A DNA stretch of 50,553 bases from an uncultured Syntrophaceae bacterium (lineage in GTDB: Bacteria; Desulfobacterota; Syntrophia; Syntrophales; UBA2192), in assembly GCA_964547985.1 (NCBI GenBank), contig CAZJPV010000015.1, positions 1 through 50,553 on the forward strand, given 5' to 3'. Below are positions 9,097 through 19,379 of this stretch, piece after piece. Made by a program: the position numbers and the translations under genes. The stretch's first letter is position 1; the number at the start of each line of letters is the position of its first letter. Under the pieces are notes generated by a model. That model saw nothing but the letters and a program-made list of their open reading frames with translations. It did no database searches and had not been told where the DNA came from.

Positions 9097-10584
9097 GTGG
9101 ACGCCGCATATCTTAGTGGACTTGTTTCCCGGATCACGAAAGGGGCAAAAGTCATTATCGTCTCGAACAGGGAACCCTGTATGCATGAACGGGACATGGG
9201 GGGCATCTGTGTTGTCCGGCCTGCGAGTGGGATGGTCGCTGCCCTTGAACCGATCGTCAGGGCGACGAGAGGAACCTGGGTGGCTCATGGTTCAGGATCG
9301 GCTGACCGTCTCGTCACGGATGAGAAGGGGAGAATTGCTATTCCCCCCGAGGATCCCAAGTACATTCTGAGGCGCCTCTGGCTCACGAAAAAGGAAGAGG
9401 ACGGATATTATTACGGCATTTCCAATCAGGCCCTGTGGCCCCTTTGTCATATCGTTTACACACGGCCCCGGTTCTCGAGAACGGACTGGGAGATTTACGA
9501 GCGCGTAAACAGGCGCTTCTGTGATGCGGTTCTGGAGGAGGTCGGAAGCAGCCCCGCTTTTGTGTTTATACAGGACTACCATCTCGCGTTACTGCCCCGG
9601 ATGCTCAGGAAGGAGAGAGAGGACCTCATCCTCGCTCACTTCTGGCACATTCCCTGGCCCAATCGCGAGGCCTTCCGAATATTTCCCTGGGGGGAAGAGA
9701 TCCTGGACGGGCTGCTCGCCAATGACCTTCTGGGATTTCATATTCAGTATCACTGTAACAATTTCATGGACACGGTGGACCGGGGGATCGAGGCAAAGGT
9801 CGACTACGAACACTACCAGATTTTCCGTGGGGGGCATCCAACCCACGTCCGATCCTTCCCGATCAGTGTGGATTTTCATCAGGTCGGCAAAGACGCGACC
9901 TCTCCCCCTGTGGAGGAAAAACGGCAGAATTTCATCAGGGAGATCGGGGAAAAAATTCTGGAAACAAAGATCTACGTCGGGGCAGACCGGCTGGACTACA
10001 CAAAGGGTATCCCGGAGCGGATGAAGGGATATGACCTCATGCTGAGGCTTCACCCGGAACTCCGGGGAAAAGTAACCCTGCTGCAGCTGGCGGCCCCCAG
10101 CAGGATCCATATAGAAGAATATAGAGACATTAATGAGGAACTCGATGACCTGGTGGATGAAATCAACTGGCGTCATCAGACGGAGGATTGGACCCCCATC
10201 CGTTATCTCCGGGCGCATCACGATTATCATTCCGTTCTTGCTTCCTACAGGATGGCCGATGTGGTCATGGTCACCTCGCTCCACGATGGCATGAATCTTG
10301 TTGCCAAAGAGTTCATTTCCGCCAAAACCGAGGGTGACGGCGTTCTCCTCCTTTCACAGTACACCGGTGCGGCGAGGGAGTTGCCGGATGCCCTTATGGT
10401 TAATCCATATGATATCGATCAGCTCGCTGACGCCATGTACGAGGCTTATCACCTGACTGAAAAAGAGCGAAGGAAACGGCTGAAGCGTTTGAGGAAACAG
10501 GTTCAGATGAACACCGTCTATGACTGGTGCGGAAAGATTTTTGGGGAGCTGGAAAAGATTCTGCTCCTAAAAGAGCGTGGTTGA
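9097..10584 (+). CDS. otsA: GT20-family alpha,alpha-trehalose-phosphate synthase (OtsA-like; GgpS-like not excluded)
   Basis: GTG start preceded by AAGAAGGAGG at a 6-nt spacing. GT20 hallmarks VVSNREP, HDYHL, and C-terminal [10 protein letters not shown]. Confidence 0.8.
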   Translation: MDAAYLSGLVSRITKGAKVIIVSNREPCMHERDMGGICVVRPASGMVAALEPIVRATRGTWVAHGSGSADRLVTDEKGRIAIPPEDPKYILRRLWLTKKEEDGYYYGISNQALWPLCHIVYTRPRFSRTDWEIYERVNRRFCDAVLEEVGSSPAFVFIQDYHLALLPRMLRKEREDLILAHFWHIPWPNREAFRIFPWGEEILDGLLANDLLGFHIQYHCNNFMDTVDRGIEAKVDYEHYQIFRGGHPTHVRSFPISVDFHQVGKDATSPPVEEKRQNFIREIGEKILETKIYVGADRLDYTKGIPERMKGYDLMLRLHPELRGKVTLLQLAAPSRIHIEEYRDINEELDDLVDEINWRHQTEDWTPIRYLRAHHDYHSVLASYRMADVVMVTSLHDGMNLVAKEFISAKTEGDGVLLLSQYTGAARELPDALMVNPYDIDQLADAMYEAYHLTEKERRKRLKRLRKQVQMNTVYDWCGKIFGELEKILLLKERG

Positions 10585-11339
10585 TGCAACCAAAGGTAAA
10601 GGATACCCGCAGACTCTGGATTTTTGATTTCGACGGAACGCTGTCAAATCTGGTGCCCGGACGATCGGCAGCACAGATTCTGCCGGAGGCAAAAAATCTT
10701 CTGAAGGAACTCTCGGATCTGCCGGGCCACCAGGTGGCGGTGCTCTCAAGCCGTCTGCTCGAGGATCTCATCCCGAGGGTCGGTGTCTCCGGGGTCTATC
10801 TGGGAGGCGGAAGCGGCGCCGAGTGGCGTTTAAAAGACGGAATTCAAACAGTCGCGGGAGAAAAATTGGAACGGCTGAAAAAAATCAGAGAGACCGTCAT
10901 GGATGAAATCAACGGGCTGAAGGCTGTACCGGGCGTCGACATTGAAGACAAGAAATGGTCGGTGGCCGTCCACATCAGGAGCGTTTTGCCCGATGCCCGG
11001 GCATCGGTGCTCGATTTTCTCAGGGCGTTTCAAGGGAAGGGCGATATCCGCCTCCTGCGAGGGCCGGAGGTATTTGAGGTACAGCTTCTTCCTGAAATCG
11101 ACAAGCTTTTTGGTGTAAAAACACTTTGCAGGCTGGCATCTTTCGAGCCCCGGGAGGGATTACTCGTCTATGCCGGTGACGATGAGAATGATGCCATAGC
11201 CATGGATTGGGTGATCCGGCAGGGAGGGACGGCGATTTCAATCGGCCCTCGCCCTTTGGTTCCCGGGGTTAGATCGGTGGCGACGCCTGCTGCGCTTGTG
11301 ACAGAGATTGTGCAACTCGCCGGAATTAAATCATTTTGA
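10584..11339 (+). CDS. otsB: trehalose-6-phosphate phosphatase (HAD superfamily)
   Basis: ATG overlaps the otsA stop (TGATG). HAD motif I FDFDGTLS. C-terminal GDDENDAIAM motif. Confidence 0.75.
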   Translation: MQPKVKDTRRLWIFDFDGTLSNLVPGRSAAQILPEAKNLLKELSDLPGHQVAVLSSRLLEDLIPRVGVSGVYLGGGSGAEWRLKDGIQTVAGEKLERLKKIRETVMDEINGLKAVPGVDIEDKKWSVAVHIRSVLPDARASVLDFLRAFQGKGDIRLLRGPEVFEVQLLPEIDKLFGVKTLCRLASFEPREGLLVYAGDDENDAIAMDWVIRQGGTAISIGPRPLVPGVRSVATPAALVTEIVQLAGIKSF

Positions 11340-11351
11340 CGGGGGACCTTT

Positions 11352-12023
11352 ATGAATGCTTTTGAAGTGAAGGACTGTGCACTGCTGACGAGGATGAGCG
11401 GCATTCAGCCGGCCTTCAACCTGCGCGAATTGAGGGACCGCATCGCGTTATGCCATCCAGACGTCCTTTACCACCACTTCTGCGAGACGGTGCTGGTCCC
11501 GTCTTTCGACTACCCGGACTACAGGAATGATTTCGCCGTCTGGGCAAGGTGGAGGCTCGGAGACCAGATTCTGTCGGAACGTTTAGGGATGATCGATCCC
11601 TATCTCTACCCGTCCATGGAAGAACTGCGAGGGGCTGCACTGGAGATTATCGATGAAAGGCTCAGCGAGGTCACCATGGTTCCCTGGGCGAGACCGGGAC
11701 ATGAATTCTACTTCATGCAGGCCGTTACGATTGTCTTTGACACGGGGGAGCGCATCAATCACCCGGACGAGCTGTCGAATGTCGTTTCGCGAATGACGAA
11801 TGGCAGTATCTATTTCCACGTACTGGAGGCGAGGAGGCGGTGCCCCGTGGGAGTGGACGATTTTACGGGGTGGCTCAAAGGTTACGATGGAAACTGGGAT
11901 CACTATATAAAGGCTGTTAAGGCCATCGACGTCACATTTCACACGCTTTCCGAAATAAGGCAGGAACTTGTGGAAGCCTTCGCGGGCAAACGGATTCGCA
12001 GACCCAAGGAGCGAAGAACATGA
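11352..12023 (+). CDS. uncharacterised protein (223 aa), translationally coupled to the downstream TreT-like gene
   Basis: Clean ORF whose stop overlaps the next start (ATGA at 12020). No family recognised by eye. Confidence 0.6.
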   Translation: MNAFEVKDCALLTRMSGIQPAFNLRELRDRIALCHPDVLYHHFCETVLVPSFDYPDYRNDFAVWARWRLGDQILSERLGMIDPYLYPSMEELRGAALEIIDERLSEVTMVPWARPGHEFYFMQAVTIVFDTGERINHPDELSNVVSRMTNGSIYFHVLEARRRCPVGVDDFTGWLKGYDGNWDHYIKAVKAIDVTFHTLSEIRQELVEAFAGKRIRRPKERRT

Positions 12024-13258
12024 ATCATTCGTTGGACGATTACATTCCTGTTGTAGGTGACCCCGTCATTCGCCAGCTCAGAACCCTGGGTGAGAAACTG
12101 AAGGGATTGCAGGTTCTCCATGTCAATTCCACTGCAGAGGGGGGCGGCGTGTCGGAGATTCTGACATGGATGGTTCCGTTAATGCGCGACCTCGGACTGG
12201 ACGCCGTCTGGCGGGTCATCATGGGGACGACGCCCTTTTTTAACACGACGAAAGCGATCCACAATGGTTTACAGGGAAGAGACGCGTCCATCTCAAAGAA
12301 AGACTGGGATCATTATGTCGAGGTCAACGCTCAGAACTATGCCGAAATGAAGAACATCCTTGAAAGCGCTGAACTTGTCGTCATCCACGACCCCCAGCCC
12401 GCACCCCTTATTGATTTGTGCACCGGGAGAAAAGGAAAATGGATCTGGCGGGCTCACATTGACATCAGCCGCCCTGTCCGTTCCGTCTGGAAGTCGCTTC
12501 GTCCTTGTGTGGAGAAATATGATGCAAGCATCTTCTCCATGGGGCCGTTTGCGCAACTCCTCCCTCATCCCCAGTTCGTCATCGCGCCGAGCATCGACCC
12601 TTTGAGCGACAAGAACATCGATCTGGAAGAGACCGAACTCGAAAAGGTCAGAAATCTCTTCGGGCTGGATAAAAGCCGCCCCCTTTTGGTGCAGATATCG
12701 CGCTTCGACCGCTTCAAAGACCCCGTGGGGGTCATCCAGGCCTATCGCCTTGTCAAGAAGGTACTGTCGGTTCAACTCGTCCTCGCCGGCGGCGGGGCGA
12801 CCGATGATCCGGAAGGCAAGGAGATCCTCGACGAGGTAAAAGAGGCGGCGGGAGACGATCCTGATATCCACGTCCTGCTCCTCCCGCCAAACTCTCACCG
12901 GACGATCAACGCCCTTCAGCGCTTGGCCGATATCATCATCCAGAAATCGACAAGGGAAGGTTTCGGCCTCACAGTCACGGAGGGACTCTGGAAGGGGAAA
13001 CCCGTTATAGGAGGCGACGTCGGAGGGATTCAGCTGCAGATTTACAATCACTACACGGGCTATCTCATCAACACACCTGAAGGGGCTGCACACCGGATTC
13101 GTTTCCTCCTTCACCACCGGGACAGGATGATCAGTATGGGGAAAACCGCCCGGGAATTCGTGCGTGAAAACTTTCTCCTCACTCGCCACCTCCGGGAATA
13201 CTTGACTCTTTTCTCCTGGATGCTTCGAGCGGAGGGCAAGCACACGATCATGATATGA
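12020..13258 (+). CDS. treT: GT4-family trehalose synthase, TreT-like (NDP-glucose:glucose glycosyltransferase)
   Basis: HVNSTAEGGGVSEIL ... VIHDPQP ... REGFGLTVTEGLWKGKPVIGG blocks match the TreT / sucrose-synthase-like GT4 pattern as I remember it from archaeal TreT. Confidence 0.65.
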   Translation: MNHSLDDYIPVVGDPVIRQLRTLGEKLKGLQVLHVNSTAEGGGVSEILTWMVPLMRDLGLDAVWRVIMGTTPFFNTTKAIHNGLQGRDASISKKDWDHYVEVNAQNYAEMKNILESAELVVIHDPQPAPLIDLCTGRKGKWIWRAHIDISRPVRSVWKSLRPCVEKYDASIFSMGPFAQLLPHPQFVIAPSIDPLSDKNIDLEETELEKVRNLFGLDKSRPLLVQISRFDRFKDPVGVIQAYRLVKKVLSVQLVLAGGGATDDPEGKEILDEVKEAAGDDPDIHVLLLPPNSHRTINALQRLADIIIQKSTREGFGLTVTEGLWKGKPVIGGDVGGIQLQIYNHYTGYLINTPEGAAHRIRFLLHHRDRMISMGKTAREFVRENFLLTRHLREYLTLFSWMLRAEGKHTIMI

Positions 13259-13456
13259 AATGGGCCGATACTGCCGGAAAATCAAATGGTGATTATGTGG
13301 CCGTATTCAAGATAGGTCACCTTTGCGTTTATCACGAGAACACTTCTCGTGTATATACTTCAAAACCCATCAGGGTTTAATCCATTCGAGGACGCTTTCA
13401 CCACAGGTCAAGCTTTTAAAGGAATCCATGACAATTCAATACCTAAAGGAGGTTCT

Positions 13457-13951
13457 ATGTCGAAGACGGAAAAAAATCTGAAGGAGGCCTTTGCGGGGGA
13501 GTCCCAGGCAAACAGGAAATACCTGGCCTTCGCGAAAAAAGCGGAGCAGGAGGGTCATCCTCAGGTGGCGAAACTCTTCAGGGCAGCCGCCGAAGCCGAG
13601 ACGGTCCATGCCCATGCCCATCTGCGAGAGCTGGCCGGTATCAGAAGCACCAGGGAAAATCTTCAGGAGGCGATCGAGGGAGAATCGCATGAATTCCAGA
13701 AGATGTACCCGGGGATGATTGAGGATGCGAAGGCCGAAGGGATCAAGGGAGCGCTTCGGTCATTCGAATTTGCAAACGCCGTGGAGAAGATCCATGCAGC
13801 GCTCTATCAAAAAGCGCTCGATAATCTGGGGAAGAATCCCGACGTTACCTATTACGTCTGTCAGGTCTGTGGCTACACGGCGGAAAATGAGCTGCCCGAC
13901 GAATGTCCCGTGTGCAGAGCTAAGAAGCAGGCCTTCAAAAAAACAGAGTAA
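13457..13951 (+). CDS. rbr: rubrerythrin
   Basis: AGGAGG RBS before ATG at 13457. Ferritin-like diiron motifs (EGESQANRKY, ETVHAHAH, EGESHEF). C-terminal rubredoxin-like CQVCGY...CPVC. Confidence 0.9.
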   Translation: MSKTEKNLKEAFAGESQANRKYLAFAKKAEQEGHPQVAKLFRAAAEAETVHAHAHLRELAGIRSTRENLQEAIEGESHEFQKMYPGMIEDAKAEGIKGALRSFEFANAVEKIHAALYQKALDNLGKNPDVTYYVCQVCGYTAENELPDECPVCRAKKQAFKKTE

Positions 13952-14119
13952 GGTGCGGCTCTCTTCATAACGAGACGGTGTACGGTTTTATCAAAAGATC
14001 CCGACACTTTGTTAACTTAAAGCATAAAATAAGAGATAATTTACAACTTATTGTTTATAAATAATTAAATAAATTAACTATTAGGACATTCAAAAGATGC
14101 AAGCCCACAGGGAGGTCTT

Positions 14120-14668
14120 ATGAAAAGACTCATGACTTTTGGATTCTGGCTTTTGGTCTTTTCCCTTCTTGTTGGTTGTATGGCCTACGATGCTGCCGTC
14201 ACCGATCGAAAGGTGGAGACCTATGCCAAGGACGAATCCATAGAGGCGGAGATCGCCTCGAAAATGATCGCCGATGACACGGCGAAATTTATGGATGTCT
14301 CTGTTTTCTGCTATAGCGGGAATGTCTACTTGGTCGGTGAGTATGAGACGGACAAGCAGAAGGAACGGGCCATTACGATTGCCAGGGGGGTGAACGGTGT
14401 AACATCCGTAACGCCCTACATACTTGCCAAGCGGGAGGTGAAGGGCTGTGGGTCAACGGATAACGTGACGATCACCTCACAAGTCAAGACGAAACTGATC
14501 GGGGACAAGGATATCTGGTCGACGAATGTGGATGTCAAGACGGTTCAGTGTAATGTAGTCCTTCTCGGGGTTGTCGGGTCGAAGAAAGAGATCGACAAGT
14601 CTATCGCACACACCAAGAGCGTGAAGGGCGTAAGGGGTATCAAATCATTCTTGAGGTCTGTCCGGTAG
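14120..14668 (+). CDS. BON-domain lipoprotein (OsmY-like), paralog 1
   Basis: Lipobox LLVGC. Two BON-like halves. Shares VQCNVVLLGVVGS with the paralog at 15351. Confidence 0.75.
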   Translation: MKRLMTFGFWLLVFSLLVGCMAYDAAVTDRKVETYAKDESIEAEIASKMIADDTAKFMDVSVFCYSGNVYLVGEYETDKQKERAITIARGVNGVTSVTPYILAKREVKGCGSTDNVTITSQVKTKLIGDKDIWSTNVDVKTVQCNVVLLGVVGSKKEIDKSIAHTKSVKGVRGIKSFLRSVR

Positions 14669-15112
14669 GTACTTGCTTCGCGTGTCGCCCGAGAGATCCA
14701 CGTCCCAGTCGACGGAGATTTTTGATGAGGCTATTCTTTTGACGAGAAGGGCGATGATCACGCCGCAGATGAGCGTGAAGATGATATAAAGGGAAAGGCC
14801 AAAAGTAACGTCACCCCTCTGGGCAATCCCGCCGCTCAAATAACCGCAGAGTGCCCCGAGCATACCGCCCAGAAGGACTGCGCGGAGGAAATTCAATCGG
14901 TTGCTGACAATCCCGATGATGCCGCCCATACCCATGAAAAACGGGGTGCTCGTAAAGCTCAGCGCAATGATGCTGCTGATGATTTGCGCACAGTTCTCAC
15001 CTGTGAGGCTCTGGTAGTCCTTTGCGGTAATAATGTACAGGAGCGCCAGGGCGCTGATGAGCAGGGGACCCGTCACGAGACCCACCAGTATGCCCAGAAT
15101 GAGCAATTTCAT
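14645..15112 (-). CDS. small glycine-rich integral membrane protein, hypothetical
   Basis: 155-aa ORF with 4 predicted TM helices and Gly-zipper segments. Convergent 24-nt overlap with the BON gene. Confidence 0.5.
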   Translation of the reverse strand: MKLLILGILVGLVTGPLLISALALLYIITAKDYQSLTGENCAQIISSIIALSFTSTPFFMGMGGIIGIVSNRLNFLRAVLLGGMLGALCGYLSGGIAQRGDVTFGLSLYIIFTLICGVIIALLVKRIASSKISVDWDVDLSGDTRSKYLPDRPQE

Positions 15113-15293
15113 ATTTCATGTAGGAAGTTCCAATCTAACAGTATTGTTCAATTCTTCACAAATTTATCCGATTCCAAAAAAATGATCAAAATATTTATGG
15201 GGTTTCTCTGCCGGAGCGAGCACTTAAAGGGACGATCTTGTCTCAAGAACGAGCTTTAGAAAAAAGCGAGACCGACTGCTATGTACGTCTCGT

Positions 15294-15309
15294 TGGCCCA
15301 CCGGTTGCA
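15294..15309 (+). promoter_or_regulatory. candidate sigma-54 (-24/-12) promoter upstream of BON lipoprotein paralog 2
   Basis: TGGCCC-accgg-TTGCAT matches the TGGCAC-N5-TTGCW spacing. Lies 42 nt upstream of the GTG start. Confidence 0.35.
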
Positions 15310-15350
15310 TAAAAGTTACATTAAAACATGAATTTCCGTGAGGTGACGCC

Positions 15351-15926
15351 GTGAAAAAATATGCATTTTATTGGGTACTTTTGGTCGTTCTTTTTCTGTT
15401 CGCCGGTTGCACTGTCTATGACACCGTCATCCGTGAACGCAACGCGGAGGTCTATGCCAGGGATGGGGTGAAGGAGGCTACGATCAAGGCGAAATTCATC
15501 GAGGACCCCAGCGTTAAAGCGATGGATGTATCAATCAACTTTTATGGCGGGCAGGCGTATCTCGTGGGCGAATATGACTCGCCGTATCAGAGAGACCGTG
15601 CCGTCATGCTGGCGGGAAGTGTCAGCGGCGTGAAGTCGGTGATGGCCTATCTTCTTCCAAAGATGAAGGATGAACGCTGCGGGCCTGCCGATAACACGCG
15701 GATCAACTCGGAGGTGAAGGCGAAGATTCTCCGGGACAGCGGAATCTGGTCCACGAGCGTCGATGTCAAATCCGTCCAGTGCAATGTCGTTCTTCTGGGC
15801 GTCGTCGGTTCCCAGAGGGAAATCGGAAGGGCCGTCGACCATGCCTTCAGCATCTCCGGTGTCAGGAAGGTCAAGAGTTTTCTGATTTCAGCCCAGGAAG
15901 AGAAAACACCTGTTGCGAAAAAGTAG
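15351..15926 (+). CDS. BON-domain lipoprotein (OsmY-like), paralog 2
   Basis: GTG start with GAGGTGA RBS. Lipobox LFAGC. Two BON halves. Confidence 0.75.
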   Translation: MKKYAFYWVLLVVLFLFAGCTVYDTVIRERNAEVYARDGVKEATIKAKFIEDPSVKAMDVSINFYGGQAYLVGEYDSPYQRDRAVMLAGSVSGVKSVMAYLLPKMKDERCGPADNTRINSEVKAKILRDSGIWSTSVDVKSVQCNVVLLGVVGSQREIGRAVDHAFSISGVRKVKSFLISAQEEKTPVAKK

Positions 15927-15944
15927 GAATTTGTAATTCAGGGA

Positions 15945-16391
15945 TCATTCCTGACCGCCAAGCCGTCGGGCCGCCTCTTCCATGGACAGGGGATCCCTTA
16001 GCCTGACCAGTCTTTCAGGGGATTCCTGAAAATTCTCCAGGGCGTTGAAGAAGCGGTCCAGCACATCGCCGCTGTAAGTCGGGATCAGAAAGAGGTGCGT
16101 GTGGGGGATTCGCCTTCCCCGGGCGTATAGAAAGACAAAGTCGGGATTGTAGGTCTTCATTATCCGGTTCGCCATGATGTTCGCCGCCTTGAAGAGGCTC
16201 CCCGTCTCCTCCTCGGAGAGCTGATGCCACCAGGGGACATGCCGCTTCGAGAGGACCAGGCAGTGCCCTTCCGTGTAGGGGTGAATGTCGAGAATGACGA
16301 GGGCATGCTCGTTTTCATAGACGCGGTAAGCCTTGCCGCTTCCATTGACAATATCGCAGAAGACGCACTTCTCTCGTGGTTGATCCGCCAT
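15945..16391 (-). CDS. HIT-family (histidine triad) nucleotide hydrolase/transferase
   Basis: Start at MADQPREKCVFCDIVNG. Histidine triad motif HTHLFLIP. Confidence 0.8.
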   Translation of the reverse strand: MADQPREKCVFCDIVNGSGKAYRVYENEHALVILDIHPYTEGHCLVLSKRHVPWWHQLSEEETGSLFKAANIMANRIMKTYNPDFVFLYARGRRIPHTHLFLIPTYSGDVLDRFFNALENFQESPERLVRLRDPLSMEEAARRLGGQE

Positions 16392-16486
16392 GACGAATAT
16401 TCTCCCTCCCGTTGATTCTATTTTTTGGCCGTACTTTGCACGGCCGACATCCCCGAGTATAAGGTCAAAAATACGCGTGTCGGCGA

Positions 16487-16957
16487 TCAAGCGCGCAAGG
16501 TGGCTACAAGCCTCATGGGAAAACGGAGCAGAGATAGCGCCTCCAGTGCGCTCCGGCAGACGACATCGGCACCGGTCATCGTTTCACCCGATGCGCCTTC
16601 TTCCCCGATGACTGCGATTCCGATGACCGCTTCCCGGACCATGAGGCGATCGTTCCGGCCGTTGCCGATGCAGACCGTCCGGTCCGCACCCAGCTTTCGA
16701 ACATAGTCCCGCTTCGCGATATCTTGGCCTCCCTCATGCAGAACGATCATCCGACAGGGTAATCCTTGGCATGCACTTGCTGTATTGCCGTGGGTGTCCG
16801 CCGTGAGGATGTGGATTGTAACGTCCCGGGAGAGCGACAAAATCAGATCATGAATTCCCTCCGCCGGGATCCCGTCGCACGCCACCGTGCCGTTGAAATC
16901 CAGGACGAGGTGCTCGACCTGCACGTGCTTGAATCCCGGAATTCGGATCTCGATCAT
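16487..16957 (-). CDS. HAD-superfamily hydrolase (small soluble P-type-ATPase-like)
   Basis: Motif I LVLDFNGT. C-terminal GNGRNDRLM (GDGxND-like) motif. Confidence 0.7.
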   Translation of the reverse strand: MIEIRIPGFKHVQVEHLVLDFNGTVACDGIPAEGIHDLILSLSRDVTIHILTADTHGNTASACQGLPCRMIVLHEGGQDIAKRDYVRKLGADRTVCIGNGRNDRLMVREAVIGIAVIGEEGASGETMTGADVVCRSALEALSLLRFPMRLVATLRA

Positions 16958-17181
16958 TGTTATCTCCGACCTTTGCTACAGACATGCATTTCGAGCCGCC
17001 CTTGCCTGTTTTCCTCAACAAGCAGACTCCGCAGCGGAAGTCCGGTTTGTCGGTCCGTCCGCCTTTCCGCAGGGAGCTAACATGAAACAACCATCTAGGT
17101 CAAATCAAACGAAAGTCTGTGACGTACATGTCCCGGAACATAAAGGGGCCTGACTTTTTCCCAGTAAGCCAGAGGCAAACG

Positions 17182-17838
17182 TCACTCGCTGACACTTGTA
17201 TCGTCGGTGGGGGGTGCAAGCCCTTCAGCTGCCGGCCACCGATCTAGGTCCTCAAGAATGGCGCATGCAACCTTTCTGCGCATCCTGCTCGATGGAGCTT
17301 CCCCGAGAGGGTCCGATGCGGGATCGACAGCCAGGGCCTTGAGAGACGGCCTTGAAGCCTCTCCCATCTGACGCAGGGCGTTCTCGGCGGCCTTCCGGGA
17401 AAAGTCATCCCCGAGAGCCCTGATAAGCAGCGGGATCGATTCGGGCCTGCGGAAGGAACCAAGTGCTTCGATGACGCCGGGAAGGCTCTTTTGCGCGGCA
17501 AACCGAAAAAGGGCCTCAAACACTTCGTCCATTTTCCAGGCTGCCAGGGCTCGTGCAGCAGTGCTTTGGACGGCCTCTTCCCCGAATAGGGTCACGGGAT
17601 CGGGTATCTCCTGCTGCAGCGACAGGTATTCCAGCAAAACAGACAAGGCGCCGAGGCGGGCAAGGGCCTGAATAGCCCACTGGCGGGGTTGGTAGATGTG
17701 AGAGGGCCTCCCGCCGATCAGGTAATCCCGTAAAGGCGCAATGGCGCGCTCGCCGCAGGCCACGAGCTTCTCGGCGGCGAGTTCCCCTCGGTGAAGATCC
17801 TCCAATTGCTGAATCAGCTGATCGATGTCGGCTGTCAT
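17182..17838 (-). CDS. HEAT-repeat (PBS-lyase-type) protein
   Basis: Repeated A..AL..LG helical hairpin pattern throughout the 218 aa. Confidence 0.6.
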   Translation of the reverse strand: MTADIDQLIQQLEDLHRGELAAEKLVACGERAIAPLRDYLIGGRPSHIYQPRQWAIQALARLGALSVLLEYLSLQQEIPDPVTLFGEEAVQSTAARALAAWKMDEVFEALFRFAAQKSLPGVIEALGSFRRPESIPLLIRALGDDFSRKAAENALRQMGEASRPSLKALAVDPASDPLGEAPSSRMRRKVACAILEDLDRWPAAEGLAPPTDDTSVSE

Positions 17839-17880
17839 TTCTGTTATTGCCCTCGACGGAGAATACCCCGAGGAAACAAT

Positions 17881-19068
17881 TCAAGACGGGTTGGCGTCCC
17901 ATTGCCGCCGGACGATCCACAGCAGGGGGACGGACAGAAGTTGAGCTCCAACGGAAAAAAGAACAAGGGCCGCGATGGAAATATCGTAAAGATAGCCCAT
18001 CAGGGCGCTGCCTGCAAACCAGAAGATTCCGTATCCTGTATTGAACACCCCGTAGGCGGTCCCGCGCCTGTCGGATGCAATCATCTTTGCGACGGCCGCA
18101 CGCATAATCGACTCCTGAGCACCCATGCCGATGCCCCAGAGAACGACTCCCGCGAGAGCAGGCCAAAAGCCACCCCAAAAGACGAGAGGGGCAAAGGCTG
18201 CCGAGATGAAGACTGATCCGATGAGGATCCCGAATCCGACCCGGTCAAAAAGATACCCGAACAACAGAGCCGCCAGGGCGTCGACACCCATCGCAATCGA
18301 GTAAAAAACAGGGATCCAATCCCTGGGAATGGAGGCGACGTGTCCAAAATGATAGGCAATGAGCGGGTAGTCGGCATACCCTGCCGCAATAAATGATACG
18401 CCGCTCAGGTAAAGCCAGAAAACACCTGGAAAAGCAGATGGGGATTTGATGCTCGTCGCTTCCAGGTCCTGAGGTGTCGGGTAAAGCATTCTTGCAGCGA
18501 GAAGGATCACGACGGCCAGCAGTGCCGGGACGAGCAGTGCGGCAAAACCCTCCCGATAGGTTCCTTTTAAAATCAGGATCCCGGCCACGATCAAGGGACC
18601 CAGCATGGCCCCGGCTTGATCCATCGCCTCGTGAAGGCCGAATCCCCATCCCCGTCCCATTTGATGCGTGGCATGAGACAACATCGCATCACGGGCCGGG
18701 GTACGAACCGCCTTGCCGAGACGCTCCAACATGACAAGTGCCGCGGCTATGTCCCATCGGTTCGCTAGGGCGAGGACAGGAACAGCGAAGAGATTGATCA
18801 CGTAGCCGACAATAGTGATCGTCCAATATCGGCGCGTGCGATCGCTGATATACCCGGATATCAGCCGAAGGCCGTACCCGATCAACTCACCGAATCCGGC
18901 GACGATACCGACCACCGTGGCACTTGCACCCAGGCTGCCGAGAAACGGACCGGTGATGCTTCTTGCCCCCTCGTAGGTCATGTCCGCAAACAGACTGACG
19001 ATACCGAGGAGCACGACGAAACGGAATGCCTTCGTCCTCCCGGCTATGCTGCGAGCCTCAGGGGCCAT
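17881..19068 (-). CDS. MFS transporter
   Basis: About 12 hydrophobic segments. Conserved DRxGRR-like loop (SDRTRRYW; ASDRRGTAY). Confidence 0.8.
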   Translation of the reverse strand: MAPEARSIAGRTKAFRFVVLLGIVSLFADMTYEGARSITGPFLGSLGASATVVGIVAGFGELIGYGLRLISGYISDRTRRYWTITIVGYVINLFAVPVLALANRWDIAAALVMLERLGKAVRTPARDAMLSHATHQMGRGWGFGLHEAMDQAGAMLGPLIVAGILILKGTYREGFAALLVPALLAVVILLAARMLYPTPQDLEATSIKSPSAFPGVFWLYLSGVSFIAAGYADYPLIAYHFGHVASIPRDWIPVFYSIAMGVDALAALLFGYLFDRVGFGILIGSVFISAAFAPLVFWGGFWPALAGVVLWGIGMGAQESIMRAAVAKMIASDRRGTAYGVFNTGYGIFWFAGSALMGYLYDISIAALVLFSVGAQLLSVPLLWIVRRQWDANPS

Positions 19069-19379
19069 AATCCAGCCTACATTTTCTCTTGTTGTTGTTC
19101 ACGCACCTGTTGTGATTATTCTCAGGAGCGAGCCGAATGAACCGATGCCCGGCGCAAATTCAAGGGGCAGTTCCAACGGACCCGTTATAAAGAGCTTACC
19201 CGAAGTGTGTCAGTTTGCAGGAAACTCCTCAGCAGACGCCGTGCGTCAGTCACGGGAAAATCCGGCAAAAAATTCTACGACACACATCACGGCCGCATGT
19301 TCTATCTCTGTGATATCTTCGTGTCGATGCTGATGGCTCTGCTTTCGATTAAATTCGCTCAAGTGAGTCTTGATGGTCT

